Below the pieces are notes generated by a model, which did not search any database, had not been told where the DNA came from, and saw only the letters and a list, made by a program, of their open reading frames with translations. DNA of 63,954 nt, filler included, from Piptocephalis cylindrospora (taxonomy: Eukaryota), in assembly GCA_003614145.1 (NCBI GenBank). It is 4 parts of 4 records of this genome, joined end to end, with 100 filler letters (N's around TTAATTAATTAA, not from the genome) between each part and the next. Parts side by side here need not be neighbours in the genome. Positions count along the whole stretch, not along the records: positions 1 to 17,614 come from KZ987851.1; positions 17,715 to 35,294 come from KZ987852.1; 2 more parts are not named here. The stretch is one strand, 5' to 3'. The position numbers and the translations under genes were made by a program. This document shows positions 11,979 through 23,126 of this stretch, one piece after another (position 1 is the first letter of the stretch; each line of letters begins with the position of its first letter).

Positions 11979-13457
11979 ATGTGGTCCTTTCTTCCCGAGG
12001 ATGGGTACGACGCCTCGTTGATGCTTCCCCATCAAGGAGCCCTTGTATACATCCTCATTCTTGGGATTTGGTCTGTCCTCACCATCGGCCTTGTCCTGTA
12101 TCTCATCGTATACAGACAAGTCCCGGCGGCTCGATACCGATCCAGTGTTCTGTCTACTCTGTGTCTACCCCCCGCCCTTGTGCTACCAGCTTGGATGCTC
12201 CTACGACCTCTTCTAACATCGAATGTCACATGTTTTGTCGATGTGTGGGGTTATGCTTTGTCCATGGCTCCATGGGTTTTGATCAATGCCTGCCGGTTCC
12301 TAAGGATGCTTCATTTGTACAAGTTTAAAATGGCCCTACTAGAGGCAGCCAGTCAGGGTACTTTTCTGGCATCTTTGCCCTCCTTCCATGTGCCCGTGGC
12401 CAAGGCCAACATGAGCCCATCGTACTTTCCTTCGGATCATCCAGCCTCAATCCCCGGACCCGTGGATCCTTCCATGGCGTTGGAGGAGATGGGATCCTCC
12501 CGGTCATCCAAGGCTTATTATCTTATCGGAAACCTAGATCCACAGATGGTGACTCGTTGGTGTTCTAACCACCAGTCCCTCCTGACAGAGCGTTCCCTTA
12601 TCCTTGTCATTTCCTTCACTTATCTGGCGTGCATTCTCCTCACTGGATTGGCTTCGCTCTTGCACGGACCTTATCCTTCTCGATCATACGCGCCCATGCA
12701 GTGTATGATGGATTGGCCCAGCTGGGTACCCTTTGTCATCCATGCCCTGGCCCAGCTTCTCCTCTACCCAGTGATCTGGTGGATGATGAATCAAGTCGGG
12801 GATGCTCGGGTCCTTCGTAGAGAGCTGGAGGTATATGCCGGGTTCAATACTCTTCTTACCGCCATGCTCCTTTTTGCCACCGGAGTGACTGGGATCAGTC
12901 AGGTAACCAGAAATGGCCTGTTTCTCGTTGTGGGCACCCTTTTCTCTCTGAATGGCTTATACACTAGTCTGATCATCCCGGTCCGGGAGATCCAGAGGTC
13001 TGTGCCATCGGGGGACCCTTCGGCAGCTTGTTCCTCGGAGCATTTCACATCGCTCCTCCAGAGCCCAGAATACTTTTCAGACTTTCTCCTTTTCTCCCTT
13101 CGGGATTTCAGTGTAGAGAATCCTCTTTTCTACTGCAGATACTATCAAATCCATGAACGCCTGGCACAGACCCGACTCTCCTATGCCCAGGATAGCTTAG
13201 GGGATGGAGGATCCAAGGTGAAGGCTTTAGCGCATCAGGAGCTCAATGCCATGTACGCTACTTTTCTGACTCCAGGCTGCCATTATGAAGTCAATGTCCC
13301 CAGGCACATCTCCAATCGGGTGCGACAGCACCTGGATAATGGAGTGGGTCAATTAGAGATCCTAGATGAGGTGTTGCGCGAAGTAAGGAACCTTATGTTC
13401 CAGCACACCTATCCTCGGTATCTTGCGTCCTGTCCCAGCCTTTATTGGGGCCTATGA
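11979..13457 (+). CDS. Seven-transmembrane protein with C-terminal RGS domain (7TM-RGS), paralog 1
   Basis: Seven hydrophobic segments, then the RGS signature FSLRDFSVENPLFY...TFLTPGCHYEVNV...LMFQHTYPRY. Intronless, 492 aa. Confidence 0.85.
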   Translation: MWSFLPEDGYDASLMLPHQGALVYILILGIWSVLTIGLVLYLIVYRQVPAARYRSSVLSTLCLPPALVLPAWMLLRPLLTSNVTCFVDVWGYALSMAPWVLINACRFLRMLHLYKFKMALLEAASQGTFLASLPSFHVPVAKANMSPSYFPSDHPASIPGPVDPSMALEEMGSSRSSKAYYLIGNLDPQMVTRWCSNHQSLLTERSLILVISFTYLACILLTGLASLLHGPYPSRSYAPMQCMMDWPSWVPFVIHALAQLLLYPVIWWMMNQVGDARVLRRELEVYAGFNTLLTAMLLFATGVTGISQVTRNGLFLVVGTLFSLNGLYTSLIIPVREIQRSVPSGDPSAACSSEHFTSLLQSPEYFSDFLLFSLRDFSVENPLFYCRYYQIHERLAQTRLSYAQDSLGDGGSKVKALAHQELNAMYATFLTPGCHYEVNVPRHISNRVRQHLDNGVGQLEILDEVLREVRNLMFQHTYPRYLASCPSLYWGL

Positions 13458-15313
13458 CCCATGGTATGGAATAGAAGAAGGTGCTGGGGAAGAGGGACGA
13501 AAAAGTAGACTATGTGTACACGATCATTCCGTTCGCAAGATGGCTTGGATATCGTGACGTATGATGAGTATTTTTGGTAACACATTTAATCGGCCATTCG
13601 GATCGCAAACAGCTCTATTGACCATCTAGCCTATTATTCAGACGATTGCATAGTGACTAGGAGGGACATTTGAGAAGAGCTATCAGGAGTTAGGAATAGT
13701 ATAGGGATCTGGAGATTTTGTGTTTCTTGGGCGTATTGTTGCTTGAGGAGTACCTTTATGTGAGCTTTGTATGAAGTATAGAGGCTAGGCAATTTTGACA
13801 AAGAAAAAGTACATTGTAGGGAACAACGATATTAGATATCATGTAATGTGTCATGCACAAGAGGCCTGAACCATGGATTAAATGAAGGACAATGTAAAGT
13901 TCATCTTTTCTAGTGACGTAAATAATTTGCGCCAAACATGGAGGGGGGGACCAGTGATCATTCGCACTTTTTTAAAACACAGTGCTTGCCATATCATGAA
14001 TTTACGTCCAAGGAAGAAGAGATGGGTGGGACGTCCACCCAAAGGGATCGTCAAGCACTAATACAAACGGATAGCTCTTTGACCTGCCGTATTGGCAGAT
14101 GGCCTTGTTCATCCAATGGCAGCATGTTTCGTTGCATTTGCATGGCCCATCTTGTCGAAACGCTCAGTGCATATACAACAACTCGGGTCGGGGTTTTGCA
14201 AGGGAGGCAGATCCCCTCCGGGGTCCATGAATGCTTGCATTACCCCTGCTAATTAGAGCTAGGGTAGGGGGAAAGGGAGCTGGTTCTTCATGCCTTTTAT
14301 TTTTCATATCGCTCCCATCCTCGGGCCGTAGCCAAGCCCAAGGTGAAAAGGCTCGCATAATACCTTTCTGACTTATCATTTCCTTGCCCTTTCTGTACAG
14401 GGAACGACACTCGCATCATCTACAATCTAGTCATCTGTTGACCTTGAGGGCATGGCTGGGTGCATTGCCACGCTTCCCGGATGATCCTTCCGTATAACTG
14501 CTATGGCGTTGTAGACAGATGGTTTGACCGCCATTGTCCGATTCCTACCCCTACCCCACCTCTCCATTCCGAGTCGGACAGGTACGTCCTGAAGTACACC
14601 CCGTGTTGATGGCTGTCGCTTCGAGAGCTGCCGGTGGGGCTGCATGCGGTGGGAAATCCTTTTCTTGGGATCCTGCACTCTGAGCGGCAGGGCTGGGGTC
14701 GGGGGTCCCCCCTCCTCCCATCTCTCTTCCTTTCCGTTACCCTTGTCTCACCAGACGGGGTCATGGCGGGGTAGTGTGAGGGTGATGAGGGCGCGGTGCG
14801 ATGTGGCTCTCCGTTACGGCCCAAGCAACGACTAAGCCCTCCTCATTTGCTCTCCGCTCCCCAGTCGATGGGCCAATTATGGGGTCCCGATTCAGATTCT
14901 CTTGCATTATTTGGGCTATGACACCTCCTGGGCAACTCCGTCTTGCTGGTACTTCTCGTTCAAATGGATTCTACCTGCATTACTGGTCAGCCCCGGCTAT
15001 GATCTATCTCATTCGCATCCCCCGATCCAATATCCGCTCCTCTTATTCTCTCATTCCTCATGGTGCCTGAACTTTCCAGCTATAATAATAACCACTCTCT
15101 TTGGTTCATCTCGGTCGAATTCTCGGATGCCTTCCCTCATGCCCTAGTATTCTCCCTCGATCTCCCATCCCTCTCAGCACTTATTTGCCTCTTTTTTTCT
15201 GATTCTCATCACCTCATATTTCCTGATTTTCATCACTTCTTCTCTCCCTTCAACTATTCATCCCGTTTCTCTCTGATATCCTCCCTCATCCCTCCTTCTC
15301 GCATCTTATTAGC

Positions 15314-17008
15314 ATGTGGACGTACCTGCCCACCAAAGGATACGACACAACCTTGCTCCTACCCCAACCATGGGGAATTGTGGTGTACGTCCTAATTGTC
15401 TCCATTTACTCTAGCATAGTCCTTGGTCTAGCCTTTGCCACCTACCGATATCGCCATACGCCAGCCGCCACCCATCGTTCTGTGGGTCTCACTCTCCTGG
15501 TCCTGCCCTCCCCCCTTATTATCCCACCCTGGGCCTTCTACCGGGCTTTAGTCTCTACGACACCCTCATGCTACTTTGACCTTTGGTGCTTTGTTCTTAC
15601 CACCATGCCCAACATCACCTTTAATCTGTGTCGACTTCTCCGTATGTTGCATGTCTACAAATTCCAAGAGGCCATGTTGGATGCAGCAGACCAATCCAGC
15701 CCCGTCTTGCTCCATAATCCGAACCCTGCTCTCCCTGCCAATACCCCGAACCATGAAAAGGCTCCTGGCTCCAAGGGGATGGGTAAATCCGCTGTTTCGT
15801 GGTCTTTCACCTCCCCGATCTCTCATGCCTCCGCCCCTAAGCCAAGACCGACGACGGTGGATGGGAAGGATAGGAGTGATAATGGGGCCATGGAATGGCT
15901 CTCCAATGAGTACAGTCATGTCTGGTGGTTTCGGTACCGGGGTCTTCTGACGGAAAAATCCTTGATCTTCATTGGCTCGGCTATCGTGGGCGGAACTCTG
16001 TTCCTCAATGTCATTCTTACCCTAATCCGTGGTCCTTATCCCAACAGGAGGTTCGCCGAGATTCAATGCCCTGTGGACTGGCCTTTCTGGCCCGCTTCTC
16101 TGGTAAGGAAATTTCACGTGGACTGATCGAGGCCTCTATGTATAGCCCCCTTTTCGGCATGAAGCCTTACTCTTATACGCCTCCTTACATGATAGATTAG
16201 TAACATCATCAAGTGTTTCCTCTACCCGGCCATTTTCTTTTTCCTTCGTGAAGCCCAGGATGCTTACGGAATCAGAAGGGAGTTTCAAATCTATGGGGTC
16301 CTCAATTCCACATCGGCGGCCGCGTGCTTTGCGGTCCTTTGGATCCCGGGATTAAAGCAATCGGTGCGGACAGGGTTTTTCATCACCTTTGTCCTGATAT
16401 ACGCCCTAAACAGCCTATACACTACCTACGTCCTGCCCTTGAGGGATATTATGCGGTATAAGCGACGTGCCCAATCCAAGACCCTGACGATGAAGACGTT
16501 GCGTCGATGCCTCGATAATCCAGATGATTTTCACGCCTTTCTCCTCTTCTCCGTCAAGGATTTCAGTGTGGAGAACGCCTTGTTCCACCGTCGGTACGAG
16601 CAGGTAGCCAAGAAAGTCCATCGTCTCGCCCTGGAGCAGGAGTATGCTCGTCTGAGTGGTGCCTCCTCAGATCATACTATCGCTTGTGAAACCGAGGGGG
16701 AGGCTTATGTCCAGAACGCCGGGGCCTCAGAGAAATTCAAGGAGAGTGGTACAAGGATCACTTGCTCAGAACTAAGCGCAGAACTGGAAAATGTCTACAG
16801 TACCTTCCTGGCCCCCGATTCCCACTACGAGCTCAATGTATCTCGACGCCTGGTTCTTGCAGTGCGAAGAAAGCTTGATGAGCAGGACTATCGGCTGGAG
16901 ATATTCCAGGAAGTGTTGGACGAAGTCCACCTCCTGATGTTTCAGAATACTTACCCACGCTTTGTCGAGCATCGGCGTCGGTCTTTGCAGGCACGAACGA
17001 TCGTTTAG
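15314..17008 (+). CDS. 7TM-RGS protein, paralog 2 (2 exons)
   Basis: N-terminus aligns with paralog 1 (MWTYLPTKGYDTTLLLP vs MWSFLPEDGYDASLMLP). A phase-0 intron at 16103-16195 joins the two ORFs in frame. RGS motif FSVKDFSVENALF...YELNV...LMFQNTYPRF. Confidence 0.85.
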
Positions 17009-17614
17009 ATCTTCATTGTGTGATCCCATTTTTCGAGGCCTCTTTACATACACGCCCTGCTTGGGAAGATTAAGGTGAGGGCGAGTAAGGAAGAATAGAC
17101 GAATGGATGGAGAGGTGGGAGGAGGTGGGAAGGGGTGGAACGAGAGAAGATCACCTGCTTATCCTTGCAGGGATATAAACTTGTGGTACCAGAATTTACC
17201 GATGGAAAAGGGCTAATCTAGTCTTTCTGATCACGATTCATCCAAATGTCCGACTTCCAGTTCCTGGGCACAATGCCAATATTCCTCTTTTGCACCACCA
17301 TCACTACTACCACCATTGTCCACGCCCCATTTCCTAATTTATTCCGGTTTTCTATCCTTATTTCCCTTTCTCCAAGTAATAAATTTTGGCTCACATAAAG
17401 ACGCCCCACATACATGCCTTTTATGGAAGGGGGGGGGGGGAAATTGGGTAGAAGGGGAAGAGAGGTGACCGGGCCTGGGGAGGGTATGGGGGAAAAAACG
17501 GGTCACAGCGGCTTTTACACCAGAATGGGGAGCATGCAGCGCGACTTCGCCACCTAAACCTTTAGGTGGCGAAGTGACGCTGCATGCTGCCCAAGTGGAT
17601 GTGAATGCCGATGT

Positions 17615-17714
17615 NNNNNNNNNNNNNNNNNNNNNNNNNNNNNNNNNNNNNNNNNNNNTTAATTAATTAANNNNNNNNNNNNNNNNNNNNNNNNNNNNNN
17701 NNNNNNNNNNNNNN
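17615..17714. other. Assembly gap with artificial TTAATTAATTAA linker
   Basis: N-run / all-frame-stop linker / N-run, 100 nt, same design as the other two gaps. Confidence 0.97.
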
Positions 17715-17717
17715 GTA

Positions 17718-17766
<49 letters not shown>

Positions 17767-17787
17767 GTGTGTGTGTGTGTGTGTGTG
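17715..17787. repeat. (GTATGT)n grading into (GT)n microsatellite at a contig end
   Basis: Directly visible tandem repeat. Confidence 0.95.
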
Positions 17788-18207
17788 GTCATGCTGGAGG
17801 ATATGGGCCTCAATGGTGGGAAGGGAGGCCAACAGAACGCGCTTGACTGCCAGAGCTACTCAAAACTATTCGTGTATTTTAAATTTACTCCAACAGTAGA
17901 CAGTCAAATTGGATGAGGTTGGTTGGTCTAGTGAGAATGGGAGAGGCGTGGCCTCATTTCTCTGTAGTGTCATCTCACTCTTCATCACCACATCTCAGTC
18001 TGGCGCTCCACCTGCCCACGCATCGCTCATGCTCACTTCTCCGAACTATGGCCCCCGGCCTTATTCACGTTTCCGTCTCTCACCTCACCCTTCCCCTCCT
18101 CCCGGAGTAACAGGACGTGTCCTTTTCATCCCTCTTCCTTCTCTCTTCTACACCTCATCTCATCTCACCTCCCACCCCCAACCACCCTAATCGTCTTTGC
18201 CCTCACC

Positions 18208-20274
18208 ATGTCTGGACAATTAAGTAAATATGCATCTCTCCTCCTCCTCCTCCTCCTTCTCCTCCTATTCTCCGTCCAGCTCATCATTACTCTCACCCAC
18301 CATAGAAAGGATCTTTGCTGCGGCCCCATTCACTGAGAGAGGCCGACCCATCCATCTGTCTCTTGACCCAAAGGGGGAAAAGTTGGTGTATGCTAGTGGG
18401 CGAGGCATTTATGTCAGGTCAGTTTCGGACCCCACGGACGCTTACCAGTACCTGGGTCACCTGGTCCCAACGACCGTGGCCCGGTTTTCTCCTTCTGGAT
18501 ATTACGTGGCCTCGGCGGATACCTCGGGGACAGTCCGGGTGTGGGATACGGTGGGGGAGGAGCACATTTTGAAGAATGAGATCAAGGCTCTGAGTGGTCG
18601 CGTCAATGACCTGGCTTGGGATAGCGAGAGTCAGAGGATCATTGCTGTGGGTGAGGGTAAGACACAGTTTGGTGCGGCCTTTACCTATGATACGGGGAAT
18701 TCGTCCGGGGAGATTAGTGGCCATAGTAAGGCCATCAATGCTGTAGACATCCGACCATCCGGTCGACCCTTCCGGGCTGTCACAGCCTCAGAGGACGGGA
18801 CCGCAAATTTCTTCCATGGGGTCCCCTTCAAATTCTCCCATTCTCTGCGCGATCACACTCGCTTTGTCCATACGGCTCGATATTCCCCAAATGGAGAGAC
18901 CTTCCTTACCGCCGGGGCTGATGCCAAGGTAAATCATGATTCCAGGAGGAATGAGTGGGACGATAGAAGGAGAGCCATTTGAAGTGAGAGTTCATCTGAC
19001 CATTTCTTTTCCTGTTACTCTAGCTATTCCTTTATGAGGGAAAGACAGGAGAGAAAATCAAAGAGCTTAGTGTTTCTGGTGCCGGGGAGATCCATCAGGG
19101 ATCCATCATGGGAGCCTCCTGGTCCTCGGATAGTAAGAGGATTCTAACAGCGTCAGCGGACAGAACAGTGAAGATTTGGGATGTGGAGACGGCCAAAGTG
19201 AGCTCAACCTTTTCCATGGGCACCACCACGGATGCCCAGCAAATGGGATGCGTCTGGAGTGGGGTGCAGGATCAAGCCATTTCCCTTGGTCTGGACGGAT
19301 CCTTGTCTTACCTGGATTCCCGAGATCCTACCAAGCCCTCCAGGGTGGTTCATGGACATCAAGTAGCCATCACCGCGGCATCCTTGAACACCAAAGAGCC
19401 AGCTACCTTTTTCACCGGGAGTTACGATGGCCGTGTCCTCTCCTGGGATGGGGAAGCTGGGCAAGCCCAGCCCATCCAGGGGAAAGGCCATATCACCCAG
19501 GTAACTGGGGTCCAGTCGGCGCAGGGAAGCGACAGGATGTACTCTGTTGGTCTGGACAATCATCTCTGTGAGGTGGATGTCTCCAAGGGATCCTTCGGGG
19601 AAAATCACCTAAATTTGGAGGCGACGCCTTTGGGCATGGTGGTACCCCGAAAGGAAAAATCTCTTATCTTTACCACAGGGCCCCAGGGGGTGGAGATGAT
19701 TAAAGTGGATGAGAAAGGAGCTCGAGCAGGTGAGGGAAAGCTTGTGGCCCTGCCTAATGGGGCATCAGGATTATCCATTGATGTGGATGGGGAGGGGAAG
19801 GAGGTGGTGGTGGGTGGGGAAGACAGTAAAATCCACCTTCTTCGTGTGATTGAAGATGGAAAGGGGCTGGAGTTGATCAAGAGCTTAGAGGGTCCTACCT
19901 CCGCTATCACCGCCATTTCTCTTTCACCTGAGGGAGAATTCTTGGTCGTGGGGACCTCCACAGGCAAGATTTACCTGTATACACGGGATCCACAGGGGTC
20001 CTGGACCATCAAGACCTCCCGATGGGCCTTCCACACCGCCAAGATCCTTTGCTTCTCCTGGACCCGGGATGGAAAATACGTGATCAGTGGATCCCTGGAC
20101 ACCCAAATGTACGTCTGGTCCGTGGATCGGCCTGCGAAGAAAGTGAAGATTCCTGCGGCTCACCAAGATGGCGTGACTGCCGTTGGGGTGGTGGAGGGGA
20201 GCGACTCCAAGGAAATTTTCAGTACCGGGAGGGATGCGTGTGTGAAGCGATGGGCCATTGATGCCTGGCCCTGA
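18208..20274 (+). CDS. AIP1: Actin-interacting protein 1 / WDR1 (double WD40 propeller), 3 exons
   Basis: Exons 18208-18223, 18306-18928 and 19024-20274. Motifs PFTERG, ARFSPSGYYVASAD, DLAWDSESQRIIAVGEG, GEISGHSK, RPFRAVT, RWAFHTAKI. Confidence 0.95.
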
Positions 20275-20417
20275 AAGGGAGAAAACTGAGCAGTGACATG
20301 GGATATTGAATGAGACTCTCTTTTCTTCTTGTTTTGAATGGATCACAGCACAGCGGTAAACCATTTTCTCTTTTTCTTTTTGCAGCATTGTTGTCAAGGA
20401 GAACATGCTTAATCACA

Positions 20418-21447
20418 TCAAAGCGGTATTTTTGAGTATCTCCAAATACTCAAGGCTTCCGGGCCAGTCTTTCTCCTGGCCACCACCTATTCCACCATGA
20501 AAAGGGCTGAGGTGTCAGATCAAGTCATGCTGCAGGAAATAAGGAGGGCACTTGCCTTCCCGCACACTCCATGGGCTTGGAGGATGGAGGCAATATCCTC
20601 TGGCCGGTTCTCCTCCACAGCCACTAAATAAAAGATGCCTTTGGGGGAGAGTAAACGCTGAATTGTGTTGAGAGAAGGAGTATGAGCGAGATATAGGAAA
20701 TATGTATGGGTGAGGGATGAAGAAAACTCACATGAATCAGGGGTAACAGCCGGTCCAAGACCTCTCTGCCCTCCTTTCCCCCGGCCCATGAGGCCTCAAT
20801 CCCATGGGATCCCACCTCGGAGGGATCAGTGGGAACGTAAGGTGGATTGAAAAGAAGAATATCCACCATTCCTGGATTTCCAAGACGAAGACCATGAACA
20901 AGATCAGTTCTTATCGGGTCGATCTGCGTCAATGCCCTCTTTCCCGTCTCCAGAGTGGCATGGGTACACAGGGCATTGATGTCCGTTGCCATGTAAACTG
21001 GGATGAAATGAGGTGGTTAGCGAAAACATATATTAGCTAGCATGGTAGTAAATGGCGTTTACCGGCATTCTTGGGCCCCAACAGGGTGGAGAGGAAGGTT
21101 AAGGCACATCCTGACCCGGACCTAGAGATGGGGGCAAGTTAGCCTTGACAGTGAATGACGGGGTAGGTTATCATTCCTCCCTCCACCATCACTTACCCAA
21201 TCTCCAAACACACTCGAGGTAAGAGTGAGGTGAGGAGACTCGCGTCTCCTTCTAATGCATCCAACAGTAAGAATGTATCCTCTATCCTCTCCGCCAGAAG
21301 GGTCGTCAGTCGGGTCGTTGAAAGTCTGACGTTCCTCATCGTGTTTGAGTGGGAAAACACGACAGGATACATACCCGCTGGTTCGTACACGGCATCCCGG
21401 TAGGGTGCCTTGAGGATATGGTCGTGGTCTGGTGTTGGGTAGGACAT
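20418..21447 (-). CDS. MTQ2: eRF1 glutamine methyltransferase (HEMK2/N6AMT1), multi-exon
   Basis: PTP...VYEPAEDTFLLLDALE, CLEIGSGSG, ATDIN, DILLFNPPYVPT, SWAGGKEGREV, LSPKGIFYL. The last intron is GC-AG (20487-20555). Confidence 0.93.
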
Positions 21448-21840
21448 GTCGAGAAAGGGAGAAGAGTTTCCAGTGAATCAGAAGGTGATATGCGGAGCCT
21501 ACAGCCTATTATTATCAAATTTCTTGAAATGTAATGCTTTGCTTGGTGCTGCCATCATTCTTAGTGAGCCAACCAATTTACCTGTGTTATTGTTTTTTTT
21601 AGAAGCCATATGGATACTAGTTTACTACTTTGGATGATAATGATAAAAACACTTTTATTTCCCTGATGGGGTAGGCATGGGGGCATCTGCATGCATCATC
21701 GCCCATAAGGCTGGCCTGCACGGTACCAGAGACTAGGTCCTCGACTACTGCGATAAAATAGGTATAATAAATTCAAATTGTTTCTCCCTAAATGAGGCAA
21801 GCTAATCAATATCTTACATTTCACTACTCATCTTACTAGA

Positions 21841-22420
21841 GACCATAGGGCATCAATTCCTTGAATGCCCCACTTCCCAGGCCCGTTGATTCTATGCGTA
21901 CCATCATTTGATGGAAGGACAAAGAGGAAATAAATGAGAGGATATGATCATCTCTTTCTATGATCTTCCGGGACCACTAGGTTTTGAACCTAGTCTCCTG
22001 GTCATTGAATGCACACTTTGGTGTATTTATCAAGAGATATTCTACGGATTGTGTCAAGTTCATCCGAGACGACGCTCAGACCTGATTTAAAGTACAAATT
22101 ACAAATGTTACTTCAGATACTGTGTTCGGATGCCCATTTGCCTACCCCACTGGGGAAAATAAAACGGTTTTATCATCATCTTCAGATGCTGATGAGGGCC
22201 AAAAAGAGGACGGCCATTGCAAGGGGAACGATGGAGAAATGGGAAGAGAAATGGGGGAGGTACAGGAGAAGATAGGAGGGATCAGAAAATCCATGGAAGA
22301 AGTGATGATATTGTGAGGAGAGTTTCTGAACCTTTTTTTTGACAACAAATCTATGAAGACTTTTAGGAAAAAGGGAAGATTGTAACTTTCCCAATACATT
22401 TCGCTGTTTACTACTACTAC
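21841..22420 (+). mobile_element. 5'-truncated non-LTR (LINE-like) retrotransposon copy 1
   Basis: Clearly homologous to 58040-58410 and 61480-61970. Encodes a degenerate H-x-FLECP zinc-finger region and ends in TTTCGCTGTT(TAC)n. Confidence 0.7.
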
Positions 22421-23126
22421 AAAGTAACGGTCTGCTCTGTTTTTTCTTTATAGAAAAGATCATGAATCAAATATGTTAGGAGAATATCATCTCTAAATAA
22501 ATGTGATGGTGGGAAAAAGGCGAATGCAAAGGCAGTGGAGTGCATGGGTGCAGTAAAAGGGAGATCCTTGTGTCTCGGCCTTCTGTCCACATGTGTGTTG
22601 TTACATCGCTTGTCAGCCAGTGTCCAGGCAAGGGTAATGCAATTAAATGAGATAAATATCATGCACCTTCCTATATCCATATATGAGGGAAATGGGCCAC
22701 TTCTTACAGAAAACACTTTGGCATCAGTGCATGGAAGCGTCAAGTCAAATGAATCTCCATAATGAGGGACTGGTCCTTTGTGGAGGAGTATCGCCAGATG
22801 GATCATTTGGCCCCCGCCCTGTCCTACTGACTCCGACGATTTAAGGATATCCCCGTCTACTCTCAGTAGTCAATACAACCAAATCAGGTGTACCCAGCAT
22901 CCATTAGAAGGGGCCTGCAAAGGTCTTCTACTCTCCCCCCCCTCCCCCCATACACACACGCCAGCAAGCTCAACAATCCTTTCTCTTTTCCTTCCCACGT
23001 TTCCTTGGTGTCTGCTCTAGCTTGATTATCACCATCTCCCTTCTTCCCCTCATCCATATCTCTCCCTTGTCATCTCACTCTCATCTCACGAACCAAGGAC
23101 ATTGGTGATCTGCTACTTTGTCTGCA

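Noticed and set aside
17659..17670. TTAATTAATTAA palindrome recurring three times in the window
   Set aside because: Always centred in N-runs; a synthetic scaffold linker, not biology.
17717..17916. MCMCMC / YVYVYV ORFs
   Set aside because: Translations of a microsatellite.
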